From Mantamonas sphyraenae STR306 (taxonomy: Eukaryota > Protista > CRuMs), in contig JAPMXV010000045.1 in assembly GCA_026936335.1 (NCBI GenBank), forward strand, positions 1-64,000: a stretch of 64,000 nt of DNA. The letters run 5' to 3'. This document shows, in pieces, positions 11,419 through 22,503 of the stretch (position 1 is the stretch's first letter; each line of letters starts with the position of its first letter). Made by a program: the position numbers and the translations under genes. A model generated the notes under the pieces. That model did no database searches, had not been told where the DNA came from, and was given only the letters and a program-made list of their open reading frames with translations.

Positions 11419-14400
11419 TCATTTGCCCTTCCTGCTCATCGCGTGCCCGCGTCGGTCCAACTCGTCACCGTCCTCCAGCGCAAACCCGCTCCCACACCCG
11501 TACAAGCGCACAAACACAATCACAATCAACACAAACCCCAGTGCACTCAGTCCCATCACTATCCATAGCTCGTGCGTGCCCATCCCGCTCCTCATCTTCC
11601 CTGCCACCGGATCCCACTGCTCCTTTCCGGCCTCCTCATCCGTGTCTCCAATCCCTCCTTTGCTTGCGCTGTCCCCTTGCCCTCCATCCCCAGTTCCTTG
11701 CTTCCCCTCTGCCGCTGCACGCACCTCCTCCTCCAGTTTCTTGTCCAGATCGTCTGCGCTCGTCGTCCCCGCACCCGCTCCCTGCGCCGCTTCAGCCGCC
11801 CCCCTCTTCTTCTTTGCCTCTTCCTCCAGTCGCGTCGCCTCGTGGCCCTCGTTACGCTCTGCTTGCTTCCTTGTGCGTTCTCGTTGTGCTGCACGCGCAC
11901 GCGCTGCACGCTGAGCTGCCGTCTCGCCGCTCCCGCTTCCTCCGCTTCCTCCGCTTCCTCCCGCCGACCTGGCCCTTGGCATGCTTCCCGTCTCACTCGC
12001 CTTGGCCAGATTCGCACTATTTCCGTTCGCCGGCTCCAGCGTCACGTAGAAGCTGCGGATTTGCGTTGGCCGAAGCACAACACGCCCACCACCCTCTTCC
12101 ATCCCCAGCAAACGCCGAGCACTTCCCGCTGCCTTTTGCAGCGCCGCGTCAGAGATAAACACGCCCTCTTCCTCCGTGTTTTGCGAGTCCAGCCTCACGT
12201 TTGCCGTCTCTCCCGACGGCGAAATCGTAAGCACCTCCTGGTCGTTCGCCCCAAACTGCAGGCGCGCAGCCTTGCGGTCCTCCCATGCGTAGTTCATGCA
12301 CAGCGATCGTTCGCGCACGTGTTTGACACGCAGCTGCCGGAACGCCTTGCCCAGGTCGATTCGCGTTGCGCTCGTGTACTGTTTCAGCGTCTGTTCCTTG
12401 CCCTCCACCACGTGGTTCACACGCAGCATCACATCGTCCGAGTACGCGTCCCTTGCCTTCAGCGACGTCAAGTGCACGTTGCTCGGCCACGCGTTGCTGT
12501 CCACCGGCTCGTAGCTGTGAGCAAACGCCCACTCGCTCTCGCTTCCCACACGGCTGCTCGCATAAAACACAAGCATCCTGTGGTTCAGCATCAGCGACAG
12601 TTGGTGCCGCAGCGCGTCCGAGGTGCTCGGCTCCGTAAACATCAGCCAGTGGAACGTCGTCGACTTTTCCCGGTCCATCATCGCTTCGCCAAGCCCGCGT
12701 CCGTCATCCTTGCTCAGCGACCTGTGGATCATCGTTTCCACGCTTCCCGATTCTGCGCTCGACACGCCTTGTGCTTGGGTCGTCAGCACCGTCAATCTGC
12801 TCTGGCCGTCTTCAATGTACACGCTCGAAATGCTCGGGTAGAAATTGGCCGGCTGCGGCCTTTGCGCACTCGTCTCACGTGCTCGCATCTCCAGGCCATT
12901 GTCTGTGTAGAATCGTGGGCCGTTCTTGATGTCCGTCCGGTACCGCGTCACCATCTCTCGGTTCACCGCCACAGACACGTCGTTGCGCACGTCCAGCACC
13001 CACTCCATGTCCCTCCGCTTCGTGCCCTTTGTGTTGAACACACGCACCGTCTGCCGCGTCGTGCCGCCCACAATCGTCGCCTGCTGCACAAGCGCCCCCC
13101 GCGTGATCACAACCACAGGCGTGCCCTGCTCCACTGCCTGCGCCGCCCCGTGCGGACGGAAAATGTATGCTCCGCTGTCGCTGCTCATGTACTGCATAAA
13201 CTCCTGCTCCAGCCGGTGCTTTTGGCCCTTGCCCTTCAGCGTCACCGCGCTCATCCGCCCGTTCTGTCCGTCAAAGTGCACGGTCATCGCCGCGTTTTCA
13301 ATCGTGATTGCCTGTCCCTGCAGCGCCTCCTCCTTCACTGCGCCTGTCCCACCTCCACCACGCATCCCAGGACCTCCGCCGCCGCCGCCCCCGCTTCTGT
13401 ATCGCGTCACGGTCGCCTTCAGCCCTCCCGTGCCTCCTCGCACAAAGTACGTCTGCAGCGCAAGCGGCTCCAGGTCCGCCTGGAACAGCAGCTGGTACTT
13501 GCTTCCGTCCACGTCTCCTGCATCATTCACCACCGGCAACACCTCGCTTGGCACCTCCTGGCCCGTGCGCGACGTCGTCACAACTGCGCGCGCCTGGTCT
13601 ACGTACATCGACACAAACTGCACCCTACGCATAGCCAGCGGGTTCGACACAATCACAGGCGCCAGTTCCTTGTCGCTGAGCTTCAACGTCGTCGGGTGTT
13701 CGCTCAGCACAGGTTTCGTTTCCTTCGCCATCAGCATCTCTGCGCAGAACCGCGCCGTCTCCTTTGCCTCACGCGTCGCAGACGCCAGTCGGCCCAGGTA
13801 GTCCTCCACCACAAAGCTCTTGCAAGTCCCTGTGATCGCGTCGTGGTGCTGCAGCAGCGCGCTCTCCCGCCGAAGCTTGCGCAGGTTGGTGAACAATGTT
13901 GTCCAGTCCACCATGTCCGGCACCCCCTCCACGCTTTGCGCATACGGTTTCAGCTGCAACTGTGTGTTTGAACGTGCCAGCGTGTGCAGAATCTCTGCAG
14001 CGCGCAGCATGGTGTCGCCTTCACGCGCCATGCGCTTTAGCTTCGGCCGCGACGTGTAGAACCCACTCCAGTAGCTCTGCGCGTTGTCTGCATACGGATA
14101 AAAGTCGCCGTGGAACACAGGAAACGTCGTTTGCTTCTGAGACGCCGCCTGCTGCACTGCATCAAAGTAGTTCGCCACTGTTCCGTACTGCATGTTGATC
14201 CCATGCTCGCTGTGGCTGTTGACATACTCGATCAGCTTGTCCATGTTGCCAAACTGGCCCTCGGCGTTCTTAAATTTAAAGTCGTCTCCAAACGGAACCA
14301 GTAGCGTGTTCGTCCTGTACGCCGCCGCACGGCTGCGCATCTCCTGCACAAACACCGCTGCCCGTGACTGCAGCGACGATCCCTCGTACAGAGGCGGCGC

Positions 14401-15948
14401 TCCTTCCTCCCAGTCGAATCCTTTCGGTGCGCTGTAATGCGTGTGCAGCACGTGCGTAAAGATCTCCGTCCGCTTCTTCAGCGACGGCGACCCGCGCCAG
14501 ATAAACTCCATCCGCCGCTGTGCCTTGAACTCTGCCTTTTTGTAAAACGGAATGCGGTTGATCACCATTGCATCGTAGCCCATCTGCGCAAACAGCGACG
14601 GCGTCAACGCGCTGTGGCCAAAAGGATCTGTGTGCGTCCGCGTGTCAGCCACACTCTCTCTCCCTCTCTCTCTCTCTCTCTGCTTTCCACACTCACCAAT
14701 CTGCCAGCCCACCCGCGGTTTCACTCCCAGTGTTTTTTCCAGGTACGCATGTCCTTGCTCCACCTGCGTGATCACCGCCTCGTGGTGCGCGTTGGCCTCG
14801 TCGTTTTGCACCCACGCCCCATGCACAAATTCCAACTGCCCTCGCTTCACAAGCGTACGCACTCGGTTCTTCTGAAAGTTGCCCAACTGGTCGTACCACA
14901 GCGAAAAGAACGAGCTGCCGTACACATGACCGTGTCAACAGAGGAGCTCCCTTTTCGCCGCACACACCCCCACTCCCGTCTCCCACCTACATTTCGCCCC
15001 AGTTGAACTTCCGCTTCGGGTTCTTGAACAATGCGTCCACCACGTTGTCCAGAATCATCTTGACTTCTCGTTGGAAGTATCCCTGCGCATGGGCGCCGAA
15101 CAAACGTCAGTCCGATCATCGTCATCACCGACCCTCCCGAGTTCCCGCAACCGACCCCTCCCCTTCCTCTACGCATGGCCTTGTCTCACCCCACCATCCC
15201 TGTTCCAGCGCTCCTCTCCATTTCCGCCGCCACATCCTGCTCACCGCGCTCTCCTGTCCTTCCCACACTGCCCACGCTCTCGGGCCGGGGTTTCTGACTC
15301 ACCTCAAACGTCGACAACCACCCTGGATCGCAATGTGAATGCCTGTACAAACGCCCCAGCATCACACAAGCACACACGCACACACACACACGCCCCAACG
15401 CCCGCGTCAGTCTCCCTCTTTCCCCCTACACCGCCTACAAGGCCCCCCGCTCACACACGGCTCGCGCGCACAACATACGCAATGATAAACACGTTCAGCT
15501 TTTGCGGGTCGTAGCTGTATGCAGGCTCTCCTGCAGGCTTGCGGATGCTAGACGTCCCTGTCGCTTGCTGCTTCAGCTTCCGCTGCTGCTGTCGGTCCAC
15601 AATGTACTGTTCAAACCCCTCCGGCACCTCTGACTTTGGTGCTCGCAGCTCTTCCACCTCCTCCTCCTCCTCACGGCTCACCGGTCGCAGTCCGCTCCCG
15701 GGAGGCTGTGCCCGTGGCTGTTCCACATCCTTGTGCATCTGCTTGTGCAGCGACTCCAGCCGATCGCTCTCCTGCAACTGCTCCGACTCGCTTTCCGAGC
15801 TCACATCTTCCCTGTTGACATTCTCGCTCTCTCCGCCCAGCCCATCCACCACAGGCACTTCCACTACCACCGTCATCACAATCACCATTGCCACCAATGT
15901 CCATGCTGCTGCTGTGTTCGACGCGCAGTCTCGTCGCTCTCGCCCCAT
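11419..15948 (-). CDS. GH38 alpha-mannosidase (mannosidase II-like), multi-exon, with C-terminal TM helix
   Basis: Motifs spread over exons: LNVFIIAY/SHCDPGWL (Zn-binding HxD), GQLEFVHGAWVQNDEA, GWQI/DPFGHS (nucleophile), PFGDDF, YWSGFYTSRP, QHHDAITGT, SDSGAYIFRP, DDGRGLGE. Confidence 0.92.
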
Positions 15949-16023
15949 TGCCTCAGTCGCGTCGTTGCCTCGGATCCCGCTGCCTCTCCTCAACCAAGCT
16001 GATTCCACCCAACACCACCTCCC

Positions 16024-16774
16024 ATGACCTCCATCTTCAGGTCCAAGCCTGTCGATCCCAAGGAGCAAGTTCGCGCCTGGAACAAAGACCTCAAGGCCCA
16101 GCAGCGTCAGATCGACCGCAGCATCCGCGAACTCAAGCGGGCCGAGGACAAAGCCATCAAGGCCATCCAGCGCCACGCAAAGACCGGCGACGCAAAGAAT
16201 GTCAAGACTCTCACCAAGGAACTCGTGCGCACACGCAGGGCCGAGGAACGCATGGAGGTTTCCAAGGCAAAGATCAACTCCCTCAGCCTCCAGCTCAACG
16301 AGCAGCTTGGTGCGTTTCGTTGGCCGTGGGAAACACCTCCGCCCACCCCGCTTCTTTGCAGCTTACACCCTCCCCATAGCCACCATTCGCCTTACTGGTG
16401 CCATCCAGCAGAGCACAGAGGTCATGGCCGCCATGAACGACGTCATCAACCTGCGCGAGGTCCGACAAATGGGCATGGGAATGGCCCGCGAGATGGAAAA
16501 GGCCGGCCTCATCCAAGAGATGGTCGAAGATATGTTTGAAGACATTGATGAAGATGAAGAATTCCTCGACGAGGTCGACGAAGAGGTGAACCGCGTCATG
16601 TACGAGGTCACCGAGGGCAAGTTTGGCGAAGCCCCTGAACTCTCTGACGAGCAGCCCGAGAGCCAGCACACAACAACCACAACCATCCAGGTCGTCTCTC
16701 AAGACGATCCTGAGCCTGTTGAAGACGCAAAGGTAGCAGACATGCGCGCACGCCTCGCTGCACTCAACGGGTGA
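16024..16774 (+). CDS. VPS24: ESCRT-III subunit Vps24/CHMP3
   Basis: DPKEQVRAW...IDRSIR...SKAKINSLSLQL, intron 16310-16379, GAIQQSTEVM...MAREMEKAGLIQEMV, C-terminal MIM MRARLAAL. Confidence 0.92.
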
Positions 16775-16796
16775 CCCTTCCTCCAAGCTTCTCCCC

Positions 16797-18681
16797 CTAC
16801 ACCCCTACACTCACCATCACACGCATCGAAATCGGTCCAAATTCGCCCACTGCACCCTGTGCAGCCTGAGTCACACTCACTTTGCCGCTTCCGGCCAGCA
16901 CCAGCACCTGATAAAACGACTGCGCCGCCGTTCGTCGGCTGCATCCGCTCAACAGCTCCTCCATCACATCCACACGCTGGTCCAGCCCGTACTGCTTGCT
17001 CACAAATTCGTGGAACCGCTGCGTCTGCACATCCACCGTCTCCATCTCACCCACCTCTTCAAAAGACACATCGAAACTCGCATCCAGCCCGGCCATCCCT
17101 CCCAGCAGGCTGCTGTTTGACTGCTGCCCACCGCTGCTCTTGCTTTGCCTCCCGGGAGTGCTCGAAAGGTGCAGCCCCAACTCGTTCGATCGTACCGAAA
17201 CCGGCGTCAGCCGAGCTTGATCAGCCAGGCTCCGGCTCCCTGAGCTCCCGTCTCCGTGTCTGCTTCCAGACACGCCACGAGCACGTTCGATCGAGTCCAA
17301 CTCGATCGAATAGTCAAACCAGTCCTCCATCGCCACGCCCAGATCCACGTCTCCCATCCCAAACGCCCCCAACGACCCACCTCCTGTCGCTGGCGTGCTC
17401 TCCTCCACACGCTGTCGCTTCGTTTCTTTCTTCCCTCGCTTGCTGCTGCCCACCATCAGCTCGTCATCCTCCCGCCCGATCGCTTCCTGCCACCACTCCA
17501 CGTACGGATCGCTCAGCTCCTGCGAAACCGGATCACGCGCCCTCCACGTCTGCATCAACCATGCGTACTCATTGTGCATCTGATCCGCCCCCTTGCTCAC
17601 CTCAATGTCCGAAGTATCTCCCAGCGCCTCTCGGATCGCCTTGGCTGTCAGCTTCGCACGCTCGTCACGCACCGCCACCTCCTGTCTCTTCCTCTTCCTC
17701 TCCTTCCGCAGTTCCCGCTGCCGCTGTCGCTCTTTCTCCTCCTCTTCCTCCCTATCACGTCCACTTGGCCCTCGTCGACCGTCGCCCACCTGACTCGGCG
17801 TCATCGGAGTCAACGGCGTTGTCGACCCGCCCATGTCCACCTCGAATCCGCCAAACGAGTCCAGTCCGTCCAAGCCCAGCCCCATGCCCAGATCCACTCC
17901 CATGCTCAGTCCAAGATCCACCCCCATGTCCAGAGCGCTCAGCTGCAGCCCCGACGCCTGCATGTCCTGGTTCCCATCAAATCCACTTGCATCCTGCGGG
18001 CCAGACGACTCCCCATCATCCCGCATCCTGCCTCCAATCACATGAAACACCTCGTACTCCTTGTCCATCGGATGCATCGGCCCCTCCAGATCCGCCTCCG
18101 ACTCTTGCGACGACTCCCACGCCTCCGATCTCTCCACTCCCGCCCTTCGTTCACGGATCGTGATATGGTCTCGCCTCGCCACACGCCTGTGTGCAGGCAG
18201 GTCGATTGACACCAATGCATTGTTGTGCCGCATGTGCGTCGACGCGCTGCTTACTTCCTGGTCCAGATACTTCACCTTGCGCGAGTAGATCTTCACCAGG
18301 CCGTACATCAGCGTGCCCAGCGTGCTCAACGCATAGCCCTTGTCAGCCACATCCTGCGGCAAGGCACTTTCCGGATCCAGAATGTACCGACTGCCGCATT
18401 GACCACGCTCGTTGTCAGCGATCCAGGCGCAACTCAGTCCCGCGTTCGCCATCCGGACAAACTCACATGCTCTGGTCCACATCAAAGGCCATCACCTCCT
18501 TCTTGCGCACACGCATGTTGCTTGCGTGGCCTGCATACCATACAAGACCCTGCTCTCACGGTGCGCGCCAAACCACGCCTTGTCAGGATCCAAAGTTCCT
18601 GATCAGGATCTGCGACGCCGCCCACCTGCAACCCACCAGTGCGCCGTCTTTGCGCAGAAACACATCCTTGACATAAAACAT
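16797..18681 (-). CDS. Alpha-kleisin cohesin subunit, Rad21/Rec8 family (divergent, possibly Rec8)
   Basis: Spliced N-terminus MFYVKDVFLRKDGAL|GLVWYAGH...ALSTLGTLMYGLVKIYSRKVKYL, and C-terminal winged helix SRRTAAQSFYQVLVL...VTQ...FGPI. Confidence 0.88.
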
Positions 18682-18775
18682 GACTGTTGCTCTTCTATTT
18701 GGTGTTCAATCAAATGGAATCTACCTCCTGTGGCTGTTGTTGTTGCAACTCGTCCAACTCCATAAATTGGTTCCG

Positions 18776-21539
18776 TCAGCGCTTGCCCGCCGCTGCCGCT
18801 GCGGCAACCAACTCTGCCAACTCCGCCTCGTCCTCTTCATCGTCAATGCCTGCCTTGCGCTTCGACAGGGCAATCAGCTGCCGCAGCCGCTGCGTCTCAA
18901 AGTGTGGCTTTTCACTCGGCACCTTCAGGTTGCCCATACTGTCCTTGTTCGCCGTGATCCACGTCTCCAGCTCCCCAAACGGGTTCAGATCCTGCGGCAA
19001 CAGCGTGGTGTTGTAGTTCAGCAGATACGACGGGTGTGGCGAGTCGTCCGTCGTGTCCAGTGTCCGCGGATGAAAGTACGTTTGCTCCACCTCCACGATG
19101 TTGCCCACCCCAGGAACTGCAGCATGGCACTGGTACACTGCAAACTTGCCCTTTTCCATGTCCACCGTATTAATCACCAGCGTCGCTTCGTGGAAATACG
19201 TCCGGTCCTCGATGCCAAAGTCGCTCAGCTTCGACTCGTCGTGCAGTTCGTGCGACACATTCGAAAGGAACATGGACTGTGCAAACGGCACCGGCATCCC
19301 CAGCGACTCTGCGTACAACAGGTACAACACCAGCTTCAGCTCATACACCGTGTCCTGCGCACTCACAGAGATTTCCATCTGCTTCACCTGTCCGTTCCGC
19401 AGGTACATCTTGGCCAGGATACCCACGTTTCGCTCCCTCCGCTTGTGTGGCAGCTCCCCTTTCACTGCGTGCCTGCACGGAATCTTGCGAGAGTACGAAT
19501 CCATCCCCATGTTTGCCATCGAGCCTGTCTCGCGCACAATGTCGGTCTTCAGCACCCACAGCGTGTCAAAGTGGAAACTGTTCGTGTCAAACACAAACGC
19601 CTCGTCCGAGTTCACCAGCAGGTGTGCGCTGAACCGCTCGGGCATCAGCTCAACCATCTTTGCGTAGTTCGACATGTCTTCAAACAGAGACACCTGGAAC
19701 CGGTGCTCCGGCACGCTAAACATGTGTGCAAACGCCCCCAGGAATGATTCATCACGATGCTCCACATTCATGAACCAGTTGACAAAGTTCCACAGGCATC
19801 CCTCCAGGATGTGCGGCGGAAAGGTTTCCTGCACCATAAACGACTGGATTTCGTCCACCTCAAAGTCCTCCCATCCCAGCGCCAGGTTGCTCTTTGCCGG
19901 CAGTGGCCCTGCATGGTTGGTTTTGTGTGTAATGAACGCCGAGTATCGGTCGTCAATCAGGTTGATGTGGATCTTGCGGAATCCTTTCGCCAGCAGAAGG
20001 TTCAACAGGATAAAGTCTTCCAGCAGCAGGCCACTGCCCACGCTTGTGTACACCAGGTACTCGTCCCGGTCACAGTGCTCCACCGTGCGCAACAGCCGCT
20101 CCTCAAAGTGTCCCCACACCAGCGGGTGCGCAAGTCGGTTGTAGAAATCGCCCTCTGCCCGCTGCTCCGCAAGCAACCCCAGCGGCCGGAAGAGCTCCTG
20201 GCACAGCAACTGGTAATACACAAACGGATAGCACGACACCGTCGGCTCATGCTCCATCAAGATCTCCACCGCACGCAGCAGCTCCTCCGGAAGCGCGAAA
20301 AACTCGGCGTCTACGCGCAGCCCAACAACCTGCTTCTCCACCTCGTACTCCCGCGCAGGCAGCTGCCACAGGTACTTGTGTGCATCGTCCCTGTTTCGAG
20401 GACGGTACTTGTCCAGCCTCCGCGCACGCCCGCTCGTCACGTCCAAATCTGGGTACGGATTCACCTCCCGCTCCAGCTCGCGCACCTGCTCCACTGTCAG
20501 CTCCAGATGGCTGTAGATGTGTTCCTCAAACAGCTCTCCCTCCACCACTGTCCTGCACAGCTTGCACATCTGCGGCCCCTGCAGCGACCCCAACGCTGCA
20601 GAGCTTCCTCTGCCGCTCCCGCTCCAAGAATCTTCGTCGTCGCCGCCGCCGCTGCTGCTGCTGCTGCTGCTGCTGCTCTTCTTGCCAGGGTTCAACACCT
20701 GACCCGACCCTGTCGCCGCCATCTCCAGCAACCTCTCATCCAGAAGCACCCTGCGTGTGCCTCCATCGTCCTCGTCACTGCTCAGCCAGCGCTTGCAGGG
20801 AAAACGCTGCGTGCGCACTTTCTTCTCCCCCTCGTACGTGTCCATCTCGATATGGTCCAGCAGCCACGACGGCGTCAACCCACTGTTGTCGTGTTCCACC
20901 GTCACGCTCACCACTTCCGGCAAACCCCTTTCGTGCACCACCACGCTGCGTTCGTCCAACCCGCCTCGTTGAAACTCCTCGCGGAACAGCAACCCCGACT
21001 CGGTGCTCAGCTCAAATCGTTTGCTCACGTCTCCGTTTTCAAACTGAAGCTCGATGCTCACCTGCAAACACACACACGCACACGCACAACACATTCACAA
21101 GCATGCACCCATGATCCGTTCCCGTTCCGCACCTCCTCTGCGTCAGTCCCCTCCCGCCCCCATTTGTCTACGCGCCCCCTTTGCCCACATTCCTTGTCCT
21201 TACCTTTGCGCTTGTTCCTGCAAACGTCTCGTCTCCTGTGGCGATCCTCAGCCTGAACGTTGTATCTCCCTCCTCCTTCACCTTGCTCTTCTTCTTCTTG
21301 CGTGAAATGCGCGACTCCTCCTCCCCCTTCTCCGCCTCCCCTTCCTTTACGTCCTCGTCCTCGTCTTCTTCGTCCTCCTCTTCCTCCTCCTCGTCTTCTT
21401 CTTCGTCCTCTCCTTCCTCTCCTTCCTCCCATTCCTCACCCTCTTCTCCCTGATCGTCGCCGTCTTCCACTACCTCCTCCTCCTCGTTCTCCCCACTCAC
21501 CACCAATTCCTCCTCATGGCTATCCTTTCCCGTACGCAT
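18776..21539 (-). CDS. Acidic-PLAT/LH2-C2H2-(methyltransferase-like)-UBL multidomain protein
   Basis: Exon 1 ends FRLRIATGDETFAGTSAK|gtaagg. Exon 2 reads VSIEL...FQRGGLD...VEHDNSGLTPSWLLDHI...FPCKRWLS (PLAT), then CKLC...HIYSH, and a UBL-like segment ISVSAQDTVYELK...LHDESKLSDFGI. Confidence 0.75.
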
Positions 21540-21658
21540 CTCTCTCTCTTCTCTTCTCTTCTCTTCTCGTACGCAATCCGGCGCACACACACAACTCGTT
21601 GGTCGCCCGGTCGCGCCCAACAAACTGTGTGTGCGTGAGTCGAGTGATCAAACACAGC

Positions 21659-22420
21659 ATGGGCAAGAAGGACAAAAAGGACACAACAGAGACGAAAGAA
21701 GAGAAGGAGGAGAGAAAGAGGAGGAAGAAGGAGAAGAAGGAGAAGAAGGAGAAGAAGGAGAAGAAGGAGAAGAAGGAGAAGAAAGAGAAGAAAGAGAAGA
21801 AGGAGAAGAAGAGGAAGAGAGAGGAGCATGAAGAAGCCAAGGACGAGACGGCTGAATTGGATGTAAAGAGAGGGAGGGTTGAGGAGACGGAGGGTGGACC
21901 GGCGGTCAACGAGACAAACCCAAAGGACAAGAAGAACAAGAAGAGCAAGAAGAGCAAGAAGAGCAAGAAGGAGCAGACCGACATGGCAGAGGGCAACGCG
22001 GATGACAGCACAAAGAGCAAAAAGGACAAGCGTAGCAAGAAGAGCCACAAAAAGAGCAAGGAGGTGGAGGAGAGCGAAAGCGAGGGCGAAAACGATGCCA
22101 AAGAGGAGCAGCAACCGCAGGAACAGGGTCAAGGATGGAACAATTGGGGAGCAGCAAGCTTTGGCGGCAATTCGGCGACCAAGAGTAAGTTTATGAGGCT
22201 GATGGGCGCAGGGAAATCCAAGGCCAAGGGTCAAGCAAGCGGAGGCATGGGCCAGGGTAGTGCAGGAGCAGGCAGCAAGACGTCCAAGTTCCAACAGATG
22301 AGTGCCACCAACGACAAGGTCGCGCAACGCATGCATGCAGAGATGGAAGCGCAGTTTGAACTCGGGTTGCAAATGCAAGCGTCTCGCCACCATCGAGGAG
22401 GGCGTGGAGGCCTTGGATGA
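21659..22420 (+). CDS. Lys-rich protein with C-terminal SMAP (small acidic protein) domain, KNOP1-like
   Basis: (KEK)n repeats, then WNNWGAASFGG...KSKFMRLMGAGK...MEAQFELG...RGGLG stop. Confidence 0.85.
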   Translation: MGKKDKKDTTETKEEKEERKRRKKEKKEKKEKKEKKEKKEKKEKKEKKEKKRKREEHEEAKDETAELDVKRGRVEETEGGPAVNETNPKDKKNKKSKKSKKSKKEQTDMAEGNADDSTKSKKDKRSKKSHKKSKEVEESESEGENDAKEEQQPQEQGQGWNNWGAASFGGNSATKSKFMRLMGAGKSKAKGQASGGMGQGSAGAGSKTSKFQQMSATNDKVAQRMHAEMEAQFELGLQMQASRHHRGGRGGLG

Positions 22421-22503
22421 GGCGAGGCAGGGTCCACGCACATCGCAAAGCAGGTTCACAGACAATGGACGTGTGTTTGTTTGCCCGCGACTGCCCTCAA
22501 CAT

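Noticed and set aside
21715-21815. (GAGAAGAAG)n, plus (AGC)n or (TCC)n tracts at ~38387, ~53538 and ~55570
   Set aside because: Coding low-complexity repeats (KEK and poly-Ser), not arrays or elements.
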